From a virus (Duplodnaviria; Caudoviricetes), in IMG/VR virus record IMGVR_UViG_3300018080_000225, positions 1-53,766 of that record: 53,766 nucleotides of DNA; one strand, written 5' to 3'. Shown piece after piece: positions 19,522 through 29,128 of the stretch. The notes below the pieces were generated by a model. It was given only the letters and a program-made list of their open reading frames with translations. It was not told the origin of the DNA and made no database searches. The first letter of the stretch is position 1; each line of letters begins with the position of its first letter. The position numbers and the translations under genes were made by a program.

Positions 19522-20721
19522 CTATTTCTCGGATTTGGGAGCGGTCGTGCGGCTTCCTTTGCCTCGGCCTTTCAATTTCTTTCCTGCCTCGGCGGGGGTA
19601 ATTGTCTTCGGGGAATCATTCGCGGCCATAGCTTCAGCTGCACGTGCGGCGATGTCTGCCTCCTGGGCTTCGATATCTTCGGCGCTGGCAAGGCTAGTAA
19701 CATTTGGTCGTCTCAAAGCTGGGATCTGTTCGCGTGCGTTCGTCAAGAAGTCAAACGCGGTCATTTTTTCGCCGTTATGGTGTCGGGCGCATTCGATAAG
19801 GGCGGTTGCAAGGTCGATCTCTGCTTGCGGGTTCAACGTGTGGCCGATGGCATAGTGGATTGCATTAAAAACGGCGTCTTGAGCGGCTTGCAATTCCTCG
19901 CCAACTCGCAAGCGGGCTGCACGATTTTGTGGCGGGGCTGCTGGCGGTGTGTTGTCTTCTTCTTCGTCGGCCTTGGGCGCTTCTTCGGCCTTGGGCGCTT
20001 CTTCTTCGGCTGCGGGCGGGGCGGGAAGTGCGAACCGTTCACGCATAAAATCTGATACTTTCAACTTTGCGTCGTTACCTGTCGAAAATTTCAAGCGCAT
20101 TTCGGCCAAGAGATCCGAAAGTTTTGACTCGCCCTCGGTCAACTTGATAATGCCGACGCCTCCAAGATTCTTGGTTGCGTTGCGATTGTGGGCCTTGATG
20201 CTGCCTATGAGCGCGTCAACCGCGTCCAACCATACGTAGCGTTTGGCGTGCGCATCTTTTGTCCAATACTCGCGATCAACCGTGATGCCGAGCGCGATGG
20301 CGCGGTCCATTGTGCGTGCCGCGTCGTACACTTGTCGAATGCCGGGGATCAGGCTTCCTGATAGGGCGGTTGCGTCGATTTTCTCAACCCCGTACTTGAG
20401 GCAGTTGCGATCCGTATTCAGGGCAGCGATCAGGTGACTCTGAACCGTATCCTTGCTTGCGGTGTCCTGCTGCTGTCTCTTGTCAACGGCTAGCATAAGT
20501 ACATTCCAGGACGTCGCTTCGTTCTGTGCGACGCCTTGCATGTAGTCTTCCGCGTAACGGCGTGCTTGGGCGTCTTTCTCCGCTTGCGTTTTGTCAAGCA
20601 GTGCGACATTGACTGCACCTTCAAAAATCATGGCGGTGTCTGTTTCGGCCATGGTCAAGGCGGTTGTCTCTACAGTTGTTAGTGTGGTTTCGGGCGTGTT
20701 CTTTTTTTCATTCATGTTCAT
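19522..20721 (-). CDS. Hypothetical Ala-rich early protein
   Basis: 399 aa, AAGGA RBS, GC-rich, EEAPKA repeat, basic C-terminal tail. Confidence 0.75.
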   Translation of the reverse strand: MNMNEKKNTPETTLTTVETTALTMAETDTAMIFEGAVNVALLDKTQAEKDAQARRYAEDYMQGVAQNEATSWNVLMLAVDKRQQQDTASKDTVQSHLIAALNTDRNCLKYGVEKIDATALSGSLIPGIRQVYDAARTMDRAIALGITVDREYWTKDAHAKRYVWLDAVDALIGSIKAHNRNATKNLGGVGIIKLTEGESKLSDLLAEMRLKFSTGNDAKLKVSDFMRERFALPAPPAAEEEAPKAEEAPKADEEEDNTPPAAPPQNRAARLRVGEELQAAQDAVFNAIHYAIGHTLNPQAEIDLATALIECARHHNGEKMTAFDFLTNAREQIPALRRPNVTSLASAEDIEAQEADIAARAAEAMAANDSPKTITPAEAGKKLKGRGKGSRTTAPKSEK

Positions 20722-20780
20722 ACTTTTCCTTGCCTTAACAGGCGTTCGGTTCGGGGCTGATTCCCCTCACCTATATAGCT

Positions 20781-21017
20781 TCACTCGGCAACATGCCGAG
20801 GGATAGCGTGTCTTGAGGCCATGCGTCGCAAGATGGCGATTCCTCTGGCCTTGGTGTTGGCCCGAGATAATTCGCGTTCTGCTTCGTGGCGTTCGTCTGG
20901 GTCATTGGTTCGGACCATTCTGGCGTGTGCGTCATTCGCTGCCTTGTGTGCGGACCTATTAGCGGTCTTGTGTACGGCGTCCAATGCTGCGTCTATCTGT
21001 TCTTGTAAGTATTGCAA
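20781..21017 (-). CDS. Hypothetical helical protein
   Basis: GGAG RBS with TTG start; first gene after the promoters at 21066-21128. Confidence 0.55.
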   Translation of the reverse strand: MQYLQEQIDAALDAVHKTANRSAHKAANDAHARMVRTNDPDERHEAERELSRANTKARGIAILRRMASRHAIPRHVAE

Positions 21018-21065
21018 GATTTTTCTCCGGTTCGTTGGGGGCGGTTCAAATGTCGCCTACATAGT

Positions 21066-21082
21066 AGCAAATATCATGCCAA
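21066..21082 (-). promoter_or_regulatory. Sigma54-like -24/-12 element
   Basis: TTGGCATGATATTTGCT (GG-N10-GC), one mismatch to YTGGCACGNNNNTTGCW. Confidence 0.5.
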
Positions 21083-21099
21083 CTTTATCTATTAGCACT

Positions 21100-21128
21100 A
21101 TTATAACATTTCGCACGTATTATGTCAA
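21100..21128 (-). promoter_or_regulatory. Consensus sigma70 promoter
   Basis: TTGACA-17-TATAAT with TGn. Confidence 0.8.
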
Positions 21129-21199
21129 GTATTAACCATGTGCTTTATTGTTTTCTGTCATTATTTACGGAAAATAAATAGTAGACTTGATAGGCCAAG

Positions 21200-21289
21200 T
21201 GGGGAATTTCACGCACCCAAGTCATAAGTGGTTGTTAATAAAGGACTTATGACTGGGGATTTTCACGCAAGAGGTGGGGAATTTCACGC
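21200..21289. repeat. Three 15 bp direct repeats TGGGGAWTTTCACGC with an IHF-like dyad between copies 1 and 2
   Basis: Copies at 21200, 21254 and 21275; AGTCATAAGT...ACTTATGACT inverted repeat between the first two. Confidence 0.85.
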
Positions 21290-22113
21290 GGGTCATTTTG
21301 TTGTAAGGTTACAAGGGATTGTCTCATTTTGAAACATGCGAAAAGCCATAAAAGCAAGGATTCGATATTCGCCCGATCACGCGATACCGAATTGGGCTTC
21401 CGGGAACCGGCCTGGCTGCGGTGCGTAGCGCGGTACGTCCGGCTCGATCAATCTTCAATCTGTGGTTACAATCACAATTGGCCATATCGAAACGCTAGAC
21501 GGTTAACGTAGACACAATTACCTGTACAATCGTACAAATAGCAATATTTAAACCCTCAAATGAGTATTTTCACGTACAATCGTTCTCAGCCACATCGGAC
21601 CGTATTTTATACATATCTGATCGTGAATACTGTTTCATTATACCCATTACAAGAAGCAAAAGTATTTCAAAGGACCGATTGTACCAATGATACCAATGGA
21701 CCAGATGAAACACTTTTCGTCGCACCAATGAACCAAATGAAACAGTTGCACCAACCATACGTGACCCCATAAGCCTCAAATACGGTCATGCCCTGACACG
21801 ACAATACCGTGAATCACCAGAGTCCAGCAAATCGTTCAAGAAGCTAAGCCAATCAACACAAAGAGTAATGCGATCAAGGCCCAATCAATCCAATATGTCC
21901 ATTTCAACTGTTTCATAATTTCTCTCCAAAAAGCGCACCAACCTCTGTTCCGTAGGGTCCGCGTTCTTGATAACCCCTATGCTCGGCTCTTTTTGCTACC
22001 AGTTGCCAGGAAACATGAGAATAAGTATATAAACACCATATATTCATACAACCCTTCTTTAATCAATCCCTGATGACAACTTTCCCCGCGATCACGACAT
22101 AATGTACAAGGTA

Positions 22114-22293
22114 TCATGGTACCATCCTCAAAGCCTGTTCGACACTGGTTCTTGTAATATCACAATTCATCCAAAGGTATCACCGTTCACGCCATTGGCT
22201 AACATGAATTTGTAACCGATACAATCGCTGATACCTCCAAAGCGTACACACACGTTCTTCAACCCAAGAGAACCTATCAACCATAAGTATCAT
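22114..22293 (-). pseudogene. Small gene with in-frame TGA
   Basis: ATGA-coupled at both ends; internal TGA at 22180-22182 (RER*YLW). Confidence 0.4.
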
Positions 22294-22715
22294 GACCAAA
22301 ACATCCTTTCGATATCGTCAAGCGTGAGACTTGCATCCATTTTACGCTGAACCATGGCCCCAATGATCTTGATAAGCATGTTTTCGCTCGCGTGGGTTCC
22401 GTCCTTTTGGAAGCAACGAAAAGTAGCCGCATTGGATGTACAGAATATGATGGCTTCTTCATTGGTTCCAGGACAATTCTCTCGGATCTTGCAACAATTG
22501 CAAGGAATAATGGGGTCGTTGCCGAACAAACTGTGTTTCTCGACTCGCTGAGCCACGCAGAAATGGTCTCCGCGAGCGTCCATTCCGAACTCTTTACACT
22601 CCCATTTTCCCGCGAGATCCATACATTCCACGGCTATTCCAATCGCATCTTGGGGCGTGGCTGCCCGTACTTTGACAGCTACCTTGTAGATTCCGTGTAC
22701 TTTGAAGTCGATCAT
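22290..22715 (-). CDS. Hypothetical Cys-rich protein
   Basis: AGGAGG RBS; ATGA-coupled. Confidence 0.6.
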   Translation of the reverse strand: MIDFKVHGIYKVAVKVRAATPQDAIGIAVECMDLAGKWECKEFGMDARGDHFCVAQRVEKHSLFGNDPIIPCNCCKIRENCPGTNEEAIIFCTSNAATFRCFQKDGTHASENMLIKIIGAMVQRKMDASLTLDDIERMFWS

Positions 22716-23107
22716 TTCGATACCTCCTGACTTGGCAACCCGAGCGCCTTACGGATCGCGTGGGCTTCGGGGATTGCAACGTCTGGCTCCCACAATGGAT
22801 CTTCATCGGTTTGGCTTAGATGGAACAGATAGGCTGTGCCACTGTACTTCCGTACCTTCTCTTCGCTGGTATCTTTATCATCATACGTTGCAGTCTTTAC
22901 AATCGGGACGTGAACGGCTTTCTGACCACCCATCACCGAACGTCCGCAAGCCTTCCACGCAGCGAACGTAAATACATTGAGCCGTGGGATCACACCTTCA
23001 ATCCCTCGTGCCTCGAACGCCGCAACCGCTGCGACATCATTTTGACCGGGTTTTGAGTGAAATGCCCGTCGCAAGGCATCGTTTTGTTTTTTGCGTTGCT
23101 CATCCAT
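22712..23107 (-). CDS. ArdC-like ssDNA-binding (antirestriction) domain protein
   Basis: FTFAAWKACGRSV.GGQKA and YLFHLSQTD match the ArdC N-terminal pattern (TF..W...G..V.KG.K; VF..sQT). Confidence 0.7.
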   Translation of the reverse strand: MDEQRKKQNDALRRAFHSKPGQNDVAAVAAFEARGIEGVIPRLNVFTFAAWKACGRSVMGGQKAVHVPIVKTATYDDKDTSEEKVRKYSGTAYLFHLSQTDEDPLWEPDVAIPEAHAIRKALGLPSQEVSK

Positions 23108-23109
23108 AG

Positions 23110-23505
23110 CTATATCCCCAATTCGTCACGGATGCTGTCGAGCGGGATTGTGGAGCCCTTATAGGTATCGAGATCAGCGTCCGTGACACCCTCGTCTCGG
23201 AAGATGGCTTGCAATTGTTGCAAGGTCCATGGTCCTTTTGGTCCAATTTCTTCGCTGATCTCCCGATAGACACGTGTCGGGTAGACGAACCCATTGATGT
23301 TTTTGTGGCTACCCGTTATGTCATTGATGAACCGTTTGCGCTGCGTCTCACTCGCGAAGGAAAATGCCTCGCATACTTGGTCGTATATCCGTTCGAGTTG
23401 CCGATCAGCGCGCCATGCCAGCTCCTTGGCGATCAGTGCTTCGGCATCTTCGATACGCCCTTCGTGAATCAGATAATGTAGTTTCTGCAACATCTTAATG
23501 TCCAT
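23110..23505 (-). CDS. Hypothetical protein
   Basis: AAGGAG RBS adjoining a palindrome; downstream of a promoter. Confidence 0.7.
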   Translation of the reverse strand: MDIKMLQKLHYLIHEGRIEDAEALIAKELAWRADRQLERIYDQVCEAFSFASETQRKRFINDITGSHKNINGFVYPTRVYREISEEIGPKGPWTLQQLQAIFRDEGVTDADLDTYKGSTIPLDSIRDELGI

Positions 23506-23576
23506 GTCTCAATCTCCTTGTAATCTTACAATCGAACCAAATCAGTAAGGCTCCTTTCCTTACTTTCTATACATAT

Positions 23577-23605
23577 ATTATACCATATTTTGGCCCTTAT
23601 GTCAA
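23577..23605 (-). promoter_or_regulatory. Consensus sigma70 promoter
   Basis: TTGACA-17-TATAAT with TGn. Confidence 0.8.
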
Positions 23606-24182
23606 GTTATCAATAAGGGTGATCCCGTATAGTGGGATATAGTATACACCATTATCACTCACACACATGCCAATGATACGATCATGGACAATAATATCAT
23701 GGTAAGCAGTAGGTGGGTGATGCTGCCAATCAAGTAAAGCAGCGATGCACGTTTGTGCAATTTTCGGCAGACCTTTACCGGGCTTATCGATGATGATTGG
23801 CCCTGTTCTCATGAAGTTCTGATTGATGGTTAATTGTAACATTGCAAGTCCTCCTGGAAGAACACACCGATTAGTTCGATCCACTTTTTCGTAGTAGGAT
23901 CAAAAAACACAGGCATGTCGCTTATGCATGGAGACACCGACCTCAATAATCTCAGTTGGTAGGATATGGGCAAGATACATCAATACGGCAATAAGCCTAG
24001 CATGAACACCCATAATATCCATAGGTTCAATAAAATCAGGATTTAGGCCATCAAATAAAGAGTAGTGTTCGGTGATCTTCAAAAACATAATACAATCCTT
24101 TCTGAATTAAAAGAAATGGCAATGGCCCGCCAGGGAGACATGTATACCTGACGGGCCATAACACGCCGGAGCGTGCAAGGAG

Positions 24183-24492
24183 CTATGCAGCGACTCTTTT
24201 CGGATAGAACTGGAATTCCCAATCAAGCATTTCGTGGGAACCACCACGCGCAAGGGTATTAAGTTCCTCTACCATCGCCATGGCTTCTTTTAATCCCATT
24301 ATACGCGAAGGGAGTCGCACACTTTCGCGTAAATCTTCACTCTGATCCTCGAAATCATACTCGTAAGTCTCGATGTAACCAATGATTTGGTAGCCATTAG
24401 GCCATTCAACGCCAGTACCCTCGCATTCGATACAGGGTAATAATGACTGATCGTATCCATTTCCTTTACATAGAAAGCATTGTTTTTGCCAT
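24183..24492 (-). pseudogene. CxxCxGxG zinc-finger protein, frameshifted in an A5 run after codon 2
   Basis: AAGGAG RBS then ATG GCA AAAA CAA TGC; removing one A gives MAKQCFLCKGNG...CIECEGTG...KRVAA* (102 aa). Confidence 0.65.
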
Positions 24493-24566
24493 GCCTCAAT
24501 CTCCTTGTAATCTTACAATTAGTTAACTGTAGTAAGTGGGGCTCCTTCCTCACCAACGACAGTACT

Positions 24567-24595
24567 ATTATAACATACTTATGCCTTTCTGTCAA
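24567..24595 (-). promoter_or_regulatory. Consensus sigma70 promoter
   Basis: TTGACA-17-TATAAT with TGn. Confidence 0.8.
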
Positions 24596-24784
24596 TCATC
24601 GAAAAAAAACAGAGGAATCAGTGATCTCGAACTTGATATCGCCGAATTGGACAAGCTCTTGGCAACCAACCTCGAAAGCCACTTCTTCAAGAAGTGTTTT
24701 GATCGCCGCTTACAAGTTTTCGTCGTCGATATCTAACTCAACTTGCACGCGAAAGACACCGCTGAACTGCTGGATCATTGGCAT
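24596..24784 (-). pseudogene. Small gene with in-frame TAA
   Basis: GGAGG RBS; MPMIQQFSGVFRVQVELDIDDENL*AAIKTLLEEVAF...; TAA at 24710-24712. Confidence 0.5.
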
Positions 24785-25316
24785 AACCTCCATATATGTC
24801 TATGTTAGAGCAATTGTGACAGCTTGTACAGAAATGAATGTATGAACAATCGAAACTTTGACAAAGAGTAGAACTATTCCAACGCAGACCACACTCGGAA
24901 CAAAACTCTCGTAGATCTACAATCGGTTTCGGTGGAAGTAAGATCACTTCATTAGCATAAGTAGTACCAGGATAATGTATATTATGGTTTCGATAATCCA
25001 CGCCATATGGGGACCAAAGATGGTGATACTTATTACATGGTAAATACTCGACTTTGAAAATAAAACCACTATTACGTAAATTGAAGGCTGACCAATGATG
25101 ACACCAGTCAATCACCGATAAAGGGCCACAATTACGCATAGGTCGTGTAGGCTCACCAACAAGATACTCGGTTTTATGACCAGTCATACAGATTAAATTA
25201 AGCCGTAGACCATAGTGATCAGTTGTATAACCAGCGGCCATGGAGTACCAGTAGAGTGTTCCATCGTCGTCAACTTGTAATCTTACAATTTTATATCCTT
25301 TACTATGGCCTTTCAT
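24738..25316 (-). CDS. Hypothetical protein, CGP-motif family, with C-terminal Cys cluster
   Basis: Paralog of 25303-25743 and 28757-29128; likely start MKGHSKG. Confidence 0.6.
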   Translation of the reverse strand: MKGHSKGYKIVRLQVDDDGTLYWYSMAAGYTTDHYGLRLNLICMTGHKTEYLVGEPTRPMRNCGPLSVIDWCHHWSAFNLRNSGFIFKVEYLPCNKYHHLWSPYGVDYRNHNIHYPGTTYANEVILLPPKPIVDLREFCSECGLRWNSSTLCQSFDCSYIHFCTSCHNCSNIDIYGGYANDPAVQRCLSRAS

Positions 25317-25743
25317 CGGGAGCCACCAAACCGAATTCTGAACGAACGGCATCAGCGAACGTTAGATTTTTATCATTGTTCATACGATCAAAAACAATGT
25401 CTTTATACTCCACACGTTGAAGAAAGCTACGAAAGGATCGAAGCATAATACGTTCTTGAGTGGCAATGATTGTACACCACCAACGATAAATAAGCCCATT
25501 AAGACTGTCAGCTAAAAGAAATGCAGTCCAAGGATTTTGTAACACTGTCAAGGGACCACAATCCTCATGAGGTTCCGTTAGCTTGTTGAAAAAGTATTCG
25601 GTAGGTTGCCCTGTGATACATGCACCATTAAGCCAATTTTGGCTGTGTGGACGGTAGTCTAATCTACTAAACATATATTCTCGCCCCGCAGCAATTGACC
25701 AAAATCTACCGTTATCATGTCCTACTACTTTCCATTCGTCCAT
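25303..25743 (-). CDS. Hypothetical protein, CGP-motif family
   Basis: WKVV...S.AAG...TG..TEY...P...CGPL.V shared with its neighbour. Confidence 0.6.
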   Translation of the reverse strand: MDEWKVVGHDNGRFWSIAAGREYMFSRLDYRPHSQNWLNGACITGQPTEYFFNKLTEPHEDCGPLTVLQNPWTAFLLADSLNGLIYRWWCTIIATQERIMLRSFRSFLQRVEYKDIVFDRMNNDKNLTFADAVRSEFGLVAPDERP

Positions 25744-25744
25744 G

Positions 25745-26416
25745 TTAACGTTCCTCCGGGGTCAGATATGCGATACCAAGTTTTGCGAACACTTTTTCTT
25801 CGGTATCAGGCCAAAATGGTTCACGCGATCCATCGGCATGGAACAATCCGTGTTCATTCATCTTCCAACCGAGATCACGAGCATGTTTTCTCATCATGAT
25901 ATTGGTGTCTTTGGAGCCGGTACGATACAATAGATACCAGATCCAATCGTCTTCATCATCCACACGGCTCACGTCAAATGGTACGCCGTTATATACACCC
26001 CGGACCTGAATCTCGCCTTGCGACTGAATAACAATATTCGAGTGTACTTGTAATCTTACAAGAAATTTGTGGGTCCACCAATCCAATGGGGCTTGGACGA
26101 TAATGTCAATGTCTTTAGAATCGGATTTACCACGACGGAATGACCCTACAATTTCGGCCTTGCGTTCTCCTTGAACCAAGATACCTAATAGCGCTGGACC
26201 AAGCGATGCAATCGTGGAGCGTGGAAAGCGTTTGGGTGGAGTATAATCAAGATCCATCCGAATATGCCGACAATCCTGACGATATTTGTAACCGGGACAA
26301 GAGCAACGGAGGCCACCACCACGTTTCTCGACGATACGATATTGATTTCCCTCAGATGACGTGACATACCACTCATTCAAGTCACCTATACGGGTGATCT
26401 TATATGGGGCACTCAT
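25745..26416 (-). CDS. SWIM zinc finger fused to a minimal family X DNA polymerase
   Basis: CSCPG......CRH (SWIM); GSFRRGK..SKDIDI, FDV, YRTGS..N..MR..A...G.KMNEHGL and EE.VF..LG..YL.PEER (PolX palm/thumb). Confidence 0.85.
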   Translation of the reverse strand: MSAPYKITRIGDLNEWYVTSSEGNQYRIVEKRGGGLRCSCPGYKYRQDCRHIRMDLDYTPPKRFPRSTIASLGPALLGILVQGERKAEIVGSFRRGKSDSKDIDIIVQAPLDWWTHKFLVRLQVHSNIVIQSQGEIQVRGVYNGVPFDVSRVDDEDDWIWYLLYRTGSKDTNIMMRKHARDLGWKMNEHGLFHADGSREPFWPDTEEKVFAKLGIAYLTPEER

Positions 26417-27503
26417 CTTTTTCCTCTCCTTATTAAGTCAACTACTTGTCCAGCAGTAATTAACTCTGGTGCTTGTGATGCTTGTCCAATACGGCTAAAT
26501 TTCTTGAGACGACCACGATATTCCGTATCAGCCCAAGAGTGCTCATAAGATAGGCCATTTGTCACATACGAAATTTCAACTTCATGATCATAATCGTTAA
26601 GCCAAAAGAATGTAGGCCATCCAGCATCTTTTGATTGTTGACTGAAATATCCGTGCCACATTACCCTACATTCCTTTCAAGTATGTGCCCTTGACGCCGT
26701 GCAAAACGTTCCGCCATTTCCGGCTTGTAAGACCTACAAGGCCACCGCTTCAATATCGAACCAGCAGATCGTTTGGCATTACTCCACTTTTGATCGCGGG
26801 ACCGACGCCCATAGCATACCGCCCAATTATCATCTTGTTCGATTCGTACAAACATGTCTCGTTCTCCTTATTAACCAAAACACCATTTTTCGCGGGCTAC
26901 TTGCCCACGTAACTTTTCTTCGGCACACTCGAAAGCCATCGAAAACACACCTTCATCGAATAGGCCCATGTGGTAAGCCACGTCTATTGAGTATCCGTTG
27001 TAGTGTGTTGAGCGGAAGTTCCTGAAATGACCAAATATGAGTTCGCTAAGCTCGAAACAACTCAACCCGGATTTTGGGCAATCCATATCTGGATACTTAA
27101 CCCAATCCTTGTATGGCGGTATGTGCATCTTTCTCATGTCTCTGTCTCCTAAGTTGTAATTTTACAAGGTTGCCGATGGCCATGGTCATAACGGACACCG
27201 GCAACCTCAAACAGGCCAGCAAGGAGCGCCTTCGATGGGCCAGTAATAACCACATCTATCAACACTAAGTACTTGCTTGACGGGCATTCCGATCACGCGC
27301 TCGAAAGGTGAGTCTGTAGCCGACCTGTCCTAGCCAGAGCCACAATCGCGGGAACGATCATGTAGATATGTGACTTTTGTCCCGTAACCATACAATCATG
27401 GTCTAAAACTCCAGCTCAGAAAAATTGTAATATTACAAGGTCAGCAGGGGTCGAAAAGACCATCTTTTCGGAGCAGAACCCTGCCGACCTTAAATAGAAT
27501 ACT

Positions 27504-27532
27504 ATTATAACACATTCTTACTCTTGTGTCAA
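27504..27532 (-). promoter_or_regulatory. Consensus sigma70 promoter
   Basis: TTGACA-17-TATAAT with TGn. Confidence 0.8.
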
Positions 27533-28412
27533 GTCACGTACTTTCTCGATAAAGGGAGCCATTTCAAGAACCTCACCATCGAAAAGTATTGTACCTTTTA
27601 CAATGGCAGCCTCAAGCATGTCTTTAAGCTCTGTACAGTCGGCACTAAGCGCAATCACTTTGTCCATAAAAAGGTATGGCTTGAGGAAAGTATCGGATTT
27701 CGCCATTGTATCATTGAAGGTCTTACCATAAGAATCATATGCAACGAAACCCCATGTAACCACACCTTGATGATCCGTGAAGCACATTTTCTTGATCTGC
27801 ATTATAATAGCTCCTGTAGAAAAGCAGCTAGATTCACAATCCGTATAGGCTTATTGCTTTTAACCACAACATTAACCTTATGATACATAAAATCAAGGCG
27901 ATAAGGTATGCGATCAGATTTAATCCCATCAAACTCTTTCAAATGTGGGCTAATATGCTTTAGTGCAGCATTTGTAATTTCTGCAATGAAAGCCAAATTG
28001 GATTGACCCCGAGTAGTCATTTCCACTTGAATCGTATTTTCACCAGAGCCTTTGACATTGGTATTTGAGAGTACTTGTTCAATCCACATAATCAAATATC
28101 CAAATCTTTGAAAAAATTTTTCAATTGTTGGGCGTCAAGAGATTTGACGCTTACAATCGTGATAAACACACCGTCCCATCGCATAAACAATCGACGATGC
28201 TCAAGAGGTTCATCTTGACTCATTTCACGGGCACGAGGGGTATCACCACAACAGATATCGTATGTACCGAAATATCGTTGGAGCGGCGCAACTAGGTTTG
28301 TGAGTGTTTCATGTTTATCCAAACCTTCTTCTGTCCAAAGACAAATTTCAACCGATTGTGATGATCGCAAAGCCGCTTTATTGCATAAATACTCACGAAT
28401 TAACATACTCAA
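27518..28412 (-). CDS. Three coupled hypothetical genes (27518-27802, 27802-28095, 28092-28412)
   Basis: TAATG/ATGA overlaps; AAGGAG RBS before the first. Confidence 0.6.
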
Positions 28413-28592
28413 GCTCCTTTCTTTTGTAAGTCTACAAGCCGGTGGGAGAGAACCAAAACCACCGGCTTGTAGGAATTACAAATTTCAGTTATTGGGCCGC
28501 CGGATGATGGGACCCGGCGACCCTTTATAAAATTAAGAAACCACGGGTGATCCTACTTCACCCTGGAACAGTAATCACCCCGTGGCGTGAAG

Positions 28593-28748
28593 CTACGGAG
28601 GATGTCCGTACAAGGGCTTTGGCATGTGCCCCACACGCGTTAACAATTGGGCCAACGGCCCGCGAAACCATGGTTCGAGAACCATGGAGGGTGGCACCGA
28701 GATCACTCCGTAGACACAAGCGATAGTCCATGCCCACGCAATAAGCAT
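28593..28748 (-). CDS. 51-aa protein with hydrophobic N-terminus (not in ORF track)
   Basis: AGGAGA RBS; MLIAWAWTIACVYGVISVPP...LYGHPP*. Confidence 0.45.
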   Translation of the reverse strand: MLIAWAWTIACVYGVISVPPSMVLEPWFRGPLAQLLTRVGHMPKPLYGHPP

Positions 28749-28756
28749 AATATCTC

Positions 28757-29128
28757 CTAAGCTCGTTTAATCAATCGAATAGCTGATGCAAAGTCTGTTA
28801 CATCACGAAGTCTTTTGAATTCATCAAAGGGACGCTCAACTGTGGGTCTTTCAAGACGATAATCTCTACCTTGTGGTGTGAATAACATATGATGCTCTGA
28901 GCGTCCATATTCACAAGCATATACTGTAGTATCAAAACCATAACCCCACATACTCACTTCAAAGCCTCTTGCATCTTCAAGTTTTTTTTGACAAACTGCA
29001 AAAGGCCCACAACCAGGAGCAGGAATGATCCATTCATCAACTGGGTATATGGTTTCTTTTAGTAAGATTAACCCGAACTGCCTTGTAACCTTGCAAGATC
29101 TCCTTAGACATATCGCCTCCTTAGTCAA
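28757..29128 (-). CDS. Hypothetical protein, CGP-motif family
   Basis: Y.VDEW..PAPGCGPFAV motif. Confidence 0.55.
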   Translation of the reverse strand: MTKEAICLRRSCKVTRQFGLILLKETIYPVDEWIIPAPGCGPFAVCQKKLEDARGFEVSMWGYGFDTTVYACEYGRSEHHMLFTPQGRDYRLERPTVERPFDEFKRLRDVTDFASAIRLIKRA

